Below are positions 22,801-35,806 of a DNA stretch of 64,000 nt, in pieces. Position numbers and translations under genes: made by a program. The stretch is from Hyphochytrium catenoides. Its lineage: Eukaryota > Protista > Hyphochytriomycota. Position 1 is the stretch's first letter; the number at the start of each line of letters is the position of its first letter. The stretch spans positions 1-64,000 of the forward strand of contig FLMG01003887.1 in NCBI GenBank assembly GCA_900088475.1. Direction: 5' to 3'. Below the pieces are notes generated by a model that was not told the DNA's origin, made no database searches, and was given only the letters and a program-made list of their open reading frames with translations.

Positions 22801-24415
22801 GCCTTTGTCTAATGTTAGAAAACCAGAGAGGGAGTTTCCCGACCGCTCTCTCTAGCTGGGAAAGGAAGTGGCTTGGAATTGCTTCCAGAGGCGGACAAAA
22901 GAGAGAGAGAACCAGAGAAGACTGTACCTCCTCGGGTTCTAAGGAGAATTGGACAGCGGCAAGCAGAGTTTTAGAGTCAACCCCTCCTCCTCCACCTTCC
23001 TCTTCGGACGTGGAGCACCAAACGTCAAGGTCATCCACACTGTCTACAGCGGTAACAGGACAGGAAAGGATGTCAGGACGAAGAGGGAGCCCGAACATAG
23101 AGTGATAACCATCAGATGCCAAGAAAAAGACAGAAAAGAAATAGGGAAGTGGTAACAGAAGGAGACTGCAAGAAGGATGGGCTCCACTGGGAGCAAATAA
23201 GGAAAGAGAGAGATCAAAGAGAGGGAGAAGAGAAATGGCCTCCACCTCCCAGGTCCTCAGTATTCATGGTCATCAGCGCTTCTTCTCTAAAAATCACATC
23301 GCCAGCTTCAAACGCACAGCGGGCGAGGAGAACTCGCCCTCTCTCCGCTGTCACATGAGGAAGAACTCTGTTGCTCTCGTCTTTCTCAACTTTGTGGCAC
23401 AGCCTTTCCCAGGAAGTGAGATACTTGTGCAAGCTTGTCTCTTCTGTCTCCTCTTCTTCGTATTTTCCCAAGCCTTGTCTCTCTTTCTTTCTCCAAACTG
23501 TCCTGCTCATAGAGTCCTCAACGGAATAGCTGGAAGCAGGGCACAGGTTCTCGGCACTGTCACGGAAAATCCACTCGGTAAGCGGGGCATCGGGTGACGA
23601 TGAGGCCGAAGCAATGTTGCTTGCTCTTCTCGCTTAAGAAGATGCGTGTCAGGATGGAGAGACAGAGAGAGCATCACGCGGGCGAGAAGGATGTTGATTA
23701 TAGAGAAGAAGGAAGTACAAAGCGGAAGAGATAGAGACGAATGGCAGGGACACACCCTTCGAGAACGTATCACTTATTCGGAGAAGTGTGAAGAAAAAGC
23801 TGCATAAGGAGACTTAGAAAATAGAAGAGCGACGCGAAGAGGGCCAACGTTTCAGCTTCAACATGGCAAACAAAAATTTTTGGAGCGCCATAGCCCTTTA
23901 CGGGGCAAAATTGATGAAGAAGGCGGAGAGGAAAGCGAGAGACAGAGTTAAAAGTAGGAGATCCTACCCTCCTCTTCACTCTTGTTGATGTGACAGACTC
24001 GCAGGGCGCTGCCAGAATCATCCACTGGAGACGTAGAGTGAATGAGTGTGGAGGTTGACAAAATAGCATCCCCCCCCGCCCAAAAAAAAAAGAGAAAGAA
24101 AGAGAGAGGAGAGCTCAGTCGCCAAAAAACAGAGAATCAAAGATAAAGAGTGAAAGAGACAGAGAGAGAGAGAGAGACAGAGAGAGATGCGAGAGAAGTA
24201 GAGAATTTGCAAAATTGTATCAAGCAAAGAAGAGAGAGGGCGGTTGAGGCCTGGGTTAGAGTCCCTACCGTCACAGACGAGAAGGAGGTCGCAATCACTG
24301 TCAGAAAGGTGGGAGACAGAGGAAGAGTAGAGAGAGTTGTCTCCGCCTCTCTCTCTTCGGCGGACCAGAAGTGAACCTTTTTGAACATTGTTCATCGTCT
24401 TCCCCGCTAAGGTCC
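19803..24415 (-). CDS. Multi-exon SMYD-like SET-domain lysine methyltransferase (5' and 3' ends approximate)
   Basis: N-SET ERGRVLLARCAFEAGDVIFREEAL (~23350-23270); ANMFG...GLFLCTSLINHSCLPNA (~22660-22580); ELRALCPIEIGEEITHSY; post-SET YFLCSCPRC, then RCGAC and CPHC; helical C-terminus ending in LEVVYGSDHPHC (~20340). The frame is open upstream of the ATG at 23510 to an acceptor near 23632, with probable further exons to ~24415 or beyond. Confidence 0.8.
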
Positions 24416-24514
24416 CTACGTAGCAAGAGTAGATGGGGTTAGGGAGCAGGAAAGTTGTGGGTTCCTAGAGGGATGACCCGCAGAAGGACTCGACAGGGTA
24501 GGCATAGAGGAAAG

Positions 24515-24605
24515 AAAGAGAGAGAGAGCGAGAATGAGAAAGAGAGAGAGAGAAAGAGAGAGAGACAGAGAGACAGAGAGAGAGAGAGAGAGAGAATGAG
24601 AAAGA

Positions 24606-24659
<54 letters not shown>

Positions 24660-24662
24660 AAG
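24515..24662. repeat. Imperfect (GA)n microsatellite
   Basis: About 150 bp of almost pure GA dinucleotides; representative of many such tracts between 20 and 33 kb and between 47 and 60 kb. Confidence 0.9.
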
Positions 24663-26900
24663 AGGCTAGTCTCTCCACAGTTTAACCCGGCCTCTCGCTT
24701 CTAGACAACAGACATCGCCCGAGGACAAGGCAGAAGCCGCGTAGAGGAAAGGTCCATCTTTATCTCCTCCAGTCTCCGTAGGCTGCTAACCTCCGGCTCC
24801 TGCAGCGACGGTGGACGGAGGCGAGCCCGCCTGTGCGTCGGACGAAAGGTTACTCTCCATCCTCCTTTCTCCTTCTTCCTCTCTTCCGCTCCTGAGCTTC
24901 AGGCTGCACTCCAAGCTCTTGTGCCTCTGTCTGTGTCTCTCTCTGTTCGCTGTCTCTCTCTTCTGTCTCTTATCATCCTTCTCTCTCTCACTCTCTCTCT
25001 CACTCTCTCTGTCTGTCTCTCTGTCTGAAAATCTTTATTACCCGAAGATCTTCAGAATCTCTGTGCCCCACCCCTGTACATCCATCGTGCGTACATGTAG
25101 TGCCGAACTTCGTTGTAAATATAGTACGAGTAGATTATTTAGCGTTGCTGACTGTACAGGTTGCCGTTAGCCGATAGCATAGCAAAAGAGATAACCTCCA
25201 GGAGCGGAAACAACCAAACGTCACTACTCTCTCTTTCTGACGCCCAGCAGCGCTCCTACCGCTGGTGCCGCTGCAGCGCGCCGCCACCACCAATCGTCGT
25301 CACCTTCTCCCGCCCCTGCAGTCGCCGACGTCCTCCTACTTGCTGGTACTTCTGCTTCTTTCTATTACTCCGAGAGAGGGTTATACTTTTTCTGTGCAAC
25401 CCATGAATGTAAAACTCTCCGATGAAAAGAGAACATCTTCGTCAACCCCCTCCTCCTCGTTTCTCCATCATAAGAGCACCTAGCTCGCTCGTTATCTCAG
25501 CAGCAGAAGCCGACATATTGTCTCACATTATGCGTAAATTTCTTCCGGATAAGGAAAGCACTTTATTGAGAAGGAACTTCCATGATGCTGAATAGCCCTG
25601 CTGCCATCATGGATCTCGTCAAACCGTGCAGGCATGTTGTGGATAAAAATGTCCCCACCCAAACACACGGCGGCATCAGAACACCAGGTTCACGGTGAAG
25701 TTTGAGCGTGGAGTCGCACTTGTGGCCTCGTTTTACAATGAGCTCTGTAATGGTAAGGAGGACGGCGGCGGCTGCAGGAGCTGAAGGAAGTGACAATTAG
25801 GATGATCGATGCGTCATCATCGGCAGCAGCAGCAGCAACGGCGAGCGCTTCTTGTTTTGTTGTTTGGTGGAGCAAAGTGAACACTCCCTGATGGTGGTGG
25901 AGGAGGGGTTGCTGTATGTATGTATGGCTTTTATACAACTCGAGAAATCAAAAGTTCAAAGCAAGTTCATGGGCACACTAGTCAGTTATCAAGTCTGTGA
26001 TCTCACCCAGATGATCTTTGGGTGTTGGCGTGATGGATGATGGGAAAGGGAAGTTCAACTAGCGCCACCCATCCCCTCTCACACAACCTACTGTGCAGTT
26101 ATAAACCCACATGTCCTATATGGTTCATGACGTACGGCCAATACCACTACAAGACTGCTCACACACATCTAAACGGCAAACGCGCGTACTGCAGTAGTGT
26201 CCAGAAAGCCTCCCACCCATCCTCCCATCCCCAAAAGTCATGATCTATCTTTACCTTCACTTTCTTGGCGACATCAGAGGAGGCCCTGTTTCCTGCTTCT
26301 CTCTCTCCTCTTCCCTCTCTTTCTCTCTCTCACTCCCCTCCCCCCCCCTCTTNNNNNNNNNNNNNNNNNNTCTCTCTCTCTCTCTTCTCTCTTGTCTTTC
26401 TTCTCTCCTCTATTAGGTCAAGCAGCAGGGCATCAGTTCAGTATGCTCGCCCATCACCCATCACCCCCCTCCCTCCCGGCCCCGTGAGGATGCGACGCTA
26501 CTGATCAAGGAGTTTCCCTTCTCTGCTTCTCTATTTCTTTCTCTCTCCCCAGTATTCCCTGTCTGTCTCTCTCTCTTTCCCGTGCCCATTCCGATGGTCC
26601 TCCTCCTTGGTTCATGCATGATATAGAGTGCCGCCAACATAGAAGACTATCAAGGGAGAGAGGAAAGCGAGGTAGAGGAAGAGAGAGCCGATGACGAGAG
26701 CAACATTCACGAGGAAAGCAGCGTAAACTCTGCCCTTCCCATCTTTCACGTACTGTCTCTCTCTTGACATTCGCCAATTTTCCTCTCGTCTCGCTTGTGG
26801 TCGCCGCCGTTCTTAGGGCAAAAGCGGGAGACAAGGTTCAGAGGCAAGGGCGCGGAAGAGAAAGGAGAGGGAACCAGTAGGAAAAGCTCGAATATTAACT

Positions 26901-28193
26901 ATGAGAGAACGCGTGAAGAAGTCGAGCGATGATCTCAAGCAGCAGAATGCCGCCCCAACTTCTCTCTCTCTTGCCTCTTCTGCCGGAGGGTCAATGCTCT
27001 ATCCTAAGCTAGTCTTTATGTTCTACTACGGCGGCATGGCCCTTGTTGCTCCTTATTTTAACCTCTTCTATAAGTCGAAAGGGTTGTCAGGGCAGCAGAT
27101 TGGCATTCTTCTCTCTCTCTCTCCATTTATTGGTATGGTGGCAGCGCCTACTCTCTCTGCTCTGGCAGACAGGAGTGGCAAGCGACAGCTTGTTCTCTCT
27201 CTCTGCATCGTTATCTCCTGCTCGATGCGCATGGTGCAGAGCATGACCAATGATTTCTATCAGTTAATGCTGCTCGTGGTCTGTGGAGAACTTGCTGGAT
27301 CAGGAGTGGGGCCTATCATCGATGCCAGTACGTGTCGACCTCCCCTCTCTTTCTCTCTCTGTCTCTCTTGCTCTCTGTCTCTCTCTCCGTCTCGATTCTC
27401 TCTCTCTCTCTCTATTTCTGTCTCTCTCTCTCTCTATTTCTCTCTTTCTCTTTCTCTCTCTCTCTCTCTCTCCTCTGTCTTTCTCTTCCTGGCTCCTGTA
27501 GAGAATGGCTCTCTGTCTCTCACTTCTGTGGGTTTGGTCTCACCTTTGAATGCTAAAACTAGGGTCATGGTCTTTCTCTCTCTTCATTATCTGAAACGTT
27601 TCTTGATGTATGCTGAGTTTCTTCATCAGAAAGGCTCTTTTCCACCCATTTAGGATGTCTCTTCCGGATGGTTATACCTGTTAACGTTTTCTTTGTCTTC
27701 CCCTCATTCCATATCTCTTGCCTTTCTCTCTCACTCTCTATCACACACTCTCACACGCGCTCTCTCTCTCTCTCTCTCTCTCACTCTCTCTGTTCTAAGT
27801 CACGTACAGCCTTCTAGATAACCCTGAAGACTATGGAAAGTCCCGTCTCTTTGCCTCCATTGGCTGGGGCGGACTGGCTCCGTTAGCTGGGAGCATCATC
27901 GCGAGAGAAGGAGTGGAGAAAATGTTCCCTATCCAGGCCATTGTTCTCTCTTTGGCCATCTTCTTCGTCATGAGGTAGGAAAGAAGAGAGGGAGAGAAGA
28001 GGGAAACAATGATTCTCTCTCTCTCTCAGTCTCTCTCGGTCTTGCTCTCTCTCTCTCTGAGTGCGTCTGTGTCTCTCTCCTCTATTGAATTGACTTAAGA
28101 AGCAGATGTTTACATCATCAGTGAATCACAGACGTGGCCAACACGGCGTGTGTCCCTCTCTCTTTCTTATTGCGAGTTTGGTCCCTGCCTCTC

Positions 28194-28224
<31 letters not shown>

Positions 28225-29711
28225 CCCTTCGTTACCTCTCTCTTCCTCTTCCGTTTTCTCTCCCTCTCTCTCCCTCATATCTGCCTCTCTATCTGCCAGA
28301 ATCCCCTCATCCAATCCAAAGCCTCCGACGAGCCCAACGGCCTCAGCCTCGCAGGCAGTAGATGGCAGAGCAGGAGAAGCTCCTCCAGCTCCACAGGGAG
28401 GACTTGTCGCAGAGCTGCTCCCCATCGTCAGAAAGCCAACCAACAAATTGTTCTTCTGTCTCGCGCTGGCACTAGGGATCACAGGGGTGAGAACACTTCT
28501 TCATCCTCCTTTCCCACAACACTCTCTCTCCCTTTTCCTTCTCTCTTTTGATGTCTTCTCTCCTCAAACATGTCCGCTCTCTTGATACATTTGACCCTCT
28601 CTCTTTCATTCTTTCCACTTCGTCCTTTCTATCTCTCCTTCTGTCTCTAAAGCCCGCTTGCTCTTTTCTCCCCTCTCTCTCTCTCTCCTTCGCTATATCC
28701 TCTTTCTCTCGCTGTCTCTCTCTCTTACATTCTCTCCTGTCGGTTCTCTCCATGGCAGGGTTTTATCAACGGTACTCTCTTCCTCTATATGGACTCTTTG
28801 AAAGCATCGACAGCTGTCATGGGCCTAGGACTCACAGTCAACTGCGCTGCAGAGGTAAAGAGAAGACAGGGTGAAAGATGGTTTTATCTCAGAGAAAGGA
28901 GAGAGCAAGGACAAGAGAGAGCGTGAACTATCGAGAGAGAAGTATTTTTAGAGCATCAGAGACAGTTATTAAGACTGACAACAAACAGAGTCAGAGATGA
29001 GAAGAGAGCGAGAGAGGGAGAGATGACAGAGAGAGAAAGAGCGCGAGAGAGAAAGAGAGAGAGACACAGAGAGAGACAAAGAGAGAAACAGTAACCTTAA
29101 CCTGTTTCTCTATCCTTCGTCCGAATGTTAGGTCGTAATGTTCTGGATCGCTGGAAAGATCTTGAAGAGATTCTCTGTTCCCTGTCTCCTGACACTTGTC
29201 TTCAGCACCTTCGCCTTTCGGATGGCCTATTACTGTCTCATACCTTACCCTTGGCTCATACTTCTAGGTAACAGAGAGAGAGAGAGAGAGAGAGAGTGAT
29301 AGAGAAAAGAGAAAGAGAGGAAAGATAGAGTATAGGGAGAGAAGGGAAGTTAGAAGTAGAGAGCACAAGCTAATCAGGGAGAAGAAGGAAAGAACCGATT
29401 GGGATAAGTCAGGCATTCGAAGCTAAAGAAGAGAGAGAAAAGCCTTTGACGCGTAGCTGACTCTCTCTTCCTCCCCCTTCTTTCTCACAGTTGAAAGTTT
29501 GAATGGCGTTACCTTTGGCATCGGATGGTCTGCCTGCTCTTTCTATGTGAATAGCATCTCCCCTCCGCACCTGAAGACGACCATGCAGGGACTTCTGGCA
29601 GCAGTAGAGTGGGGCTTTGGGATGGGAGGTGAGAAGAGAGAGGAAAATGTTTTATAATCTACGTGGCCCCTTCTCTCTCTCTTTGTCTCTGTCTCTCTGT
29701 CTCTCTCTCTG

Positions 29712-29744
<33 letters not shown>

Positions 29745-30320
29745 GCTTAACGCTAGGTCCTCTGTCGCCTCGATCTTTGGCTGCCCTGTTCCTGTTTGTC
29801 TCCTGTTCAGTCCATCTGTCTTCGAAACTAACCCTTCTGACCTCTCTCTCTTTCTCTCTGTTACTGCTCTCCCTCTTTCTCTCTCTCCTATTCTCTATGT
29901 GTGTTGTCTCTCTGCCTCGCTCTCTCTCTCTTTCTCACTCCCATCTCTCTCCTCATATCTCTCTCACTCTGACCAACTCTCTGCCTCCTTTCCGTCTGTG
30001 CCATAGTTGGCCTCCTAGTCGGTGGCTCTCTGAACGACCTCATTGGGTTCGTCAATGTCTTTTGGGTGGGAGTGCTGGTCAGCTCTTCGGGAGCGCTTCT
30101 CTCTCTCTCCTGGTGGACTGCAGAAGGGAAAAAGGCGAAAGGTCGTCTCTCTCCTTCTCCATCTGTGGCGGATCCAGAGCTCACAGCCAAAGAACTGGAT
30201 AGCTTTCGCCTTGTGGAGGAGGAGGATAGGGAAGATGAAAGATCAGGAAAAGACAGAGAGAAGATGCCTCTCCTAGGCGGTGCAAAAGCTGATGACATAA
30301 GGCCTTCCGTACTAGCTTGA
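26901..30320 (+). CDS. MFS transporter, MFSD6/MFS_1_like family, 7 exons
   Basis: PYFNLFYKSKGLSGQQIGILL, ALADRSGKR, YGKSRLFASIGWG (exon from 27800), MGLGLTVNCAAE, VESLNGVTFGIGW, TTMQGLLAAVEWGFGMG, VGLLVGG; GT-AG phases I checked are consistent; TGA at 30318-30320. Confidence 0.9.
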
Positions 30321-30535
30321 CCAGAGGGGCAGAAGAGGGAAAGAGTTGAGAAGAGCAAAAGAGAGTGAGACGAGAGTGAGACAAAGCTATGAGAGAAAGA
30401 GAGAGAAGTCTGTCTCTATGTATAGTAACCTAGTGCAACATCCACCTACTCAACCTAGCCCCTTCCGAAGCTCTCTCTCTCTCTTGATTGTCTTTAAGAG
30501 CCACCGTCGATGACTATTTCGACCAATGATGGAGG

Positions 30536-30539
<4 letters not shown>

Positions 30540-30581
<42 letters not shown>
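30540..30581. repeat. Perfect (GA)21 microsatellite
   Basis: Uninterrupted GA run in the intergenic region downstream of the MFS gene. Confidence 0.95.
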
Positions 30582-30582
<1 letters not shown>

Positions 30583-31338
30583 GGGGACGCCGGCGTTATT
30601 CTTCGCAGTCACCTACGCGTCAAAAAGCGGAAGAGAGGCATTGACGGATTGGGCGTTTCTGAGGGAGACGGAGAGAGCTTAAGTGTGAGGCCGTAGGTAG
30701 AGAAAGAGAGAGGGAGGTCTAACATCCTGCCAGAGAAGGAGAGGTAAATGATTAATGAAGAAGCCTGAGAATTGTCTCGCAAGGTACTGCCGCGGCCGCT
30801 GCCGCTGCACTATTGGCAGATCAACTGCTATATTACTCTCTTATGGAAGCAACTCTGGGACGACCGAGAGATAATGTACGCGGAAAGAGAGAGAAAGTGA
30901 GAAAGGAAACAAGAGAGAGAGAGAGAGAGAAGAGAGTCGCGCAAGAAGTGTGTAAAAAGCCAAATTGTTCTTGGCTCGCGCTGTCTCAACTTCCGTTTGG
31001 GCACAAATCTCTCTGCCAAACTCCGCTTCCTACTCTACTCTTTCTCTTCTCACTGCATAAACGTCTCTTCACTGCTCTTCGCTTTCCCTTGACCCTCTCC
31101 CTATGAGATGGCCAGTAGGCGGGACGTTGGTATGCCCTTTCCGCCATCAGCTCCTTTCTACGGCACCTATTAGGCCATTAATATCAAGCCTTGTGGACGC
31201 TGTGCGCCTCCGCCTTTGAGAAGTAAAGAGGATGATCTGGCCGCTTATGTCCTTGCTCTCATTCTCTGTGCTCATTGCGTTGACAAGCTTTTTATCCTCT
31301 CTCTCTCTCTCTCGTCGTCCGGACCCTCTCTCTCTTTA

Positions 31339-31713
31339 TCAGGAGAGAGGACTGCCTCCTCCCATAGGGTTCTTCTCTAGGTCCACCGACCAGTCTCCTG
31401 CTTGCTCTCTTAGGCTCGTGTACTTCCGGAGCTGGTCAATACCTCGCACAGCTGTGTCTCTTTGTTGTTCCAACTTCTTTGGATCTGTCTCGTGCATGTT
31501 TGCTCTGAATTCTGTGGGAAGCGAAGAGAGAACGGAAGTGGCCATCAGCAGACGGAACAGAGAAAAAAGAAGAGAAAGAGGGAGTGATCCTTAAGGGCGA
31601 AAGAGGATCAGCAGGTGAAACGAAGTCCACTGGGACCGTGAGACAGCAGCAACTAGGAGTGCGAAGGAGTAATGGAGCCAGAGAGACAAAGATTAACCGG
31701 AGAAAGAAAGAAA

Positions 31714-31754
<41 letters not shown>

Positions 31755-31939
31755 AGAGAGTTCGAGATAACTTGTGTCTGAGGAGAGGAAGGGAAGAGGG
31801 CCGTAGATACCAAGTACCATGACAGAGAGAGACCGATCAAATCTCTTGCTAGGGAGGAAAGAGATATAGAGCTCATAAACATAGTTGAGTGCTCGGACAA
31901 ACACTAGCAGTCAGAGGCATGAGAGAGAGAGCGAGAGAG

Positions 31940-31981
<42 letters not shown>

Positions 31982-32223
31982 GGAGAGAGAGACAGACTCT
32001 GAGAGGCCAAAGCCTCCGTTCTCGTTGCACAAACCGGCAGCGGGTACTTTAGAAATTGACAGAGGAGGACAATGAGAGAGCAGCGACCAAGAAAGGACTG
32101 ACCTATTTTGATGTCCTCGATGATGGCGTTCCTTTTCACGCTGGGAAAGTGCTTAGCGAGCTTCAGAAGCTCTCGATAGACTGACCGCATCTGCTGCGGA
32201 GTCATTGAAGAGTAGGGACCCAT
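31339..32223 (-). CDS. Small mitochondrial LYR-motif (Complex1_LYR family) protein, 2 exons (32223-32103, 31511-31339)
   Basis: MTPQQMRSVYRELLKLAKHFPSVKRNAIIEDIKI|EFRANMHETDPKKLEQ... shows the L/VYRxLL motif plus downstream F-R-x-N; in-phase GT-AG intron. Confidence 0.85.
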
Positions 32224-33300
32224 AGATCACACTGGCTCCCAGTTCACTTCGCTGTCTTAGGCAAGAGTATCTGCTAGAAGGGCCCTCTGCGCTGCGACAC
32301 AGACTCTCTCTTTCACTGACTCTTAGTGCTCTCCTCCGCCAGCTAAGCCCGTACTTCCTTGTTCGAGCTGCTAATAGAGAGGAAGGGAGATAGACAGCCA
32401 CTGCCACTCAAACAACCCAGATCTTTAAAGCCTCTTCCACGGTTTGCAGATCTTCGTACGCCATCTGCAGATTTTACTTTCAGAATCTGCAGATTCTTAT
32501 CCAAAGATGTGCGTACAATTGTAAAGTGCGAAGACCTTTAATAGAAAAGAGATACTCCATAAATCTATAGCACGCACTATGGCTGCAGTCAGAATGTGCG
32601 CGCGGCATCGCAGGGAAAAGTACAAGTAATTAAAGACTGGCAAGGTAGGCTCTTGAGTGGGCTGTAAAATGTGCGGACTCCCCACGGAAGAGTAACTCTT
32701 ACTATACAAGCCACTGCAGCCTCTGCTACATTCCAGAGAGAAAGCACGCGCGAGCCAGAGTGACGAGGATCAAGACAGAAGAGAGTGTAGAGTGTGAAGA
32801 GCAGTGCGGAGATGCTGAAGAGATATAAGTCTTGGCATCATTATTCCTCTCCTCCCTCATACGCAGTTCAGATACATGAAGATAAGCTCTTTCTCTCTCT
32901 CTCACTTTCTCCGAGTCCGCTACGCTTTGCTTCCCATCCGTGTTCTCTATCCAACGCAAGCGAAGACGTTGCTTTAGCACGACTCGAAAGAGAGTGGCTT
33001 CAACAAGAAGAGTACGCCTTGAAAAAGGGACGACAGGTGCTGGAGGAGGAGCACTAAGCCCGGACAGAGGTTCCGACGCCGTCCCTTTCCAACGCATGAT
33101 TGAAGAACTGAATGCATTAATGTGAGACAGAGAGACAGATCAGCAGCCCTTCTTCCATACAGTCCATGGAACCTCGAGGTCAGGTATAAAGACGGGGAAT
33201 TGAAAGAGAGGTGAAAGAAGAGAGGGAAGTTGATGCATTATATTGCTAATAACAAGTAAGAACGCCCTAGATGATCTTCATCTCTCTTTGCAGGACATGC

Positions 33301-35769
33301 TCACTCGCGGCGACGGGATTGGCTACCAGTTAAGTATGTAGAGAGAGAGAGAGAGCGAAAGAGAGAGAGAGAGAGAGAGAGAGAAGGCGGGAGAAAAAGC
33401 GACGGAGAGTCGTGTAAGCTTCTGGAAGTCAAGATAGAGGCGATTCAGACAAAATTGGACAGATGCAGACGGCCCCGGGAGTGAAGCGAAGTATACAAAG
33501 ATAGGAGTAGGACCGTGTAAAGGTCCCGGGAGGGAGCCGTGCAGCCTAGAAAAAGAATAAGGGACGAAGGGCGACTTGACAGAAAAGCAGGAGCTGGTCT
33601 TCTCTTCTTTCTCACCTGCGATCCTGGGGCTCTTCTCTTCCTTTGGGAGTTGGACCTCGGCGGTCTTCCTCTCTCCGTGGCGCTCTTTCATCCTTCCTGC
33701 CACCGATGTGAGGAGAGGAACTAGTGCCAGAGCGGTTTACGGTGGATGAGGAAGAAGAGGGAGGATAGTCCGTCCGGTCTCCTCTTTCCCTTTCTCCTTC
33801 TCTCTCTCTCCCTGACCCTGGCATCATCTTCGGCCTTTTATTTTGCGGCTCGTCCCCTCTGTTTCCCTCAGCAGGCGGCGACTGGGCAGGGAGAGGTCGA
33901 GCTCTCTCGCTTGCCCTTCTCTGCTTCTCAGCCTCAAGTCTCTTCCTGTTTTCTTCAATCACTTCCTTCCTGGACCTCTGACGCGGCGCAGGAGGTGTAG
34001 AAGCTGCCACGGGAGAGGGTCCAGAAGAGAGAGGAGGTGTCCGGGAGGAGGGAACAGGGAGAGGAGAGGGTCGAGAGCTTGATGGAGGTGGATGCCGCGA
34101 GCCCTCTGGGTTGCGAACAGGAAGAGGAGGAGGAACTCTTTGGGGGAGAGTGGGAGGAGAAGGAAGGAGTCCAGCTCCCTCTCTCTCTCTCGGAGGGGCT
34201 GCTGTAGATGTTACACCTGCCTCCTCCCGTCGCCGCTTAACTTTGATCGGCTCTTCCGCCTGTTCCGTCCCTCCCCCTGCTGACATCCCGTCTCTCTCTC
34301 GCTGCTGCTCTCTTTCTCGCTTCCTCGCTTGACTAGAAGAGCTCTGGCTTTCCCTCTCCCCACGGCCTGGTGGAGCATCGCCCCCACTTCCTCCTCTCCC
34401 ACTCTCAGACCGGTTGAGACTTATTACTTTACCTCCAGCTGCGGACGAAGAGGGCGGGGGCGATGACCGAGGGTTTTCACGGGAGAGAGGCCTTTCCCGT
34501 CCTCTCTCTTTGGCCTTGTCCGCCCCAACTGCCGCCTCTCCTTCTCTCTCTGCCCTGCCGCGCTCTCGGGGTAGTGAAGAAGAGTGAGCAGGCGCCGCGC
34601 CTGCATCTCTGCCTTTCTCTCTATCCCGAGGCGGAGGATGATCTCTCGCCGAGTCTCGGGCAATGCCTCTGCTACCATCTCTTTCCCTCTCTCCTCTTCC
34701 GGCGCCATCTGCACTTCCCTTTTGATCACTGGTGGCTCTTCTCCTTTCTTCCTCCCTGCCCTCTGCGCCAGGCCTTCGCTCATGCGCCGAGGTAGAGGCT
34801 GACCTTCTAGAAGAGACAGAAGAATCTTTCTCTTCTCTGGCCTCTGGCCGTGCAGCGGAGGATGATAGGGAGCGAGAAGTGGGAGGCGCGGGAGAACTTC
34901 TCCTCGCTTGGCTGGAGTCAGCTCTGCGTGGGCTCCTACTCCGGACAGGAGAATCTTCTGGAGGGCGACTGCCTGAACGTCGGAGCGAGGAAGCATCTCT
35001 GTCTCCTCTCTCTCCACCTCCACGTGCAGCGGAGGAAGATCGGGATATCTCTGTACTTCTCTCTCTTTGTCCTCTCTCCGGAGATCGTCCTCTCACTGGA
35101 GACTTGGACGGAGGTCGAGATTGTGAGTTAGACCGCGAGCTCGTGCCAGTGGGAGGAGGGAGAGAGGAAGAAGGCGCATCTGCCGCTGCAGATGCCTGAG
35201 ACTTTGGCAGCGGAGGTGGAAGTCCGTCATCTCTCAGTGTTGGCTTCTGTTTCTGGAGAAGGGCCCAATACCTGTTGGCCATGACCTTGAGATCCTCTCT
35301 CTCTTCTTCTCTCAGCTTGTTCACTTTCTGCTCTATCTCTGCCTCCATCCTCGTTGTAGACGGAAATTCTTCCACAATCTTAGTTAGCACTATCAGACTG
35401 TTTCTAATGTCCATGTATTCGGCAGACTGCAGGCTTTTGCAGAAGAACTGAACGAGAGAGCGGTGCCATCGTATAGCAACCTTAGCAAACCGCTCATATT
35501 CTACCTTTTTGCTATTGGGGTTGCCAAAGTCTTCACAGAATCCTGGCCTTCCGCCGGCCGTGCACTCCTTCACATAGTCTTTCTTAGACTTCGTCCAGCG
35601 GTTCATCATTTGTAAGGTTTCCCGGAGGAAGAGCCCAAGGTTGGAGGCTTCTCTTTCGGTGCAGCAGAGGAGGGTGCGAACAACCTAAAGGAGGAGACGG
35701 TTGTTAGAGAGACGGAGAGGTAGAAGTTGTTTGAATGAGAGTGATAAAGACAGTTGAAAGCTACCAGAG

Positions 35770-35806
<37 letters not shown>

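Noticed and set aside
25160-26260. Non-microsatellite intergenic block with short ORFs
   Set aside because: Looks like a decayed repeat, but no diagnostic motif could be read.
32560-33125. Possible small spliced gene on + strand (…EREWLQQEEYALKK…)
   Set aside because: Could not build a consistent start, exon phase or recognisable domain; needs RNA-seq.
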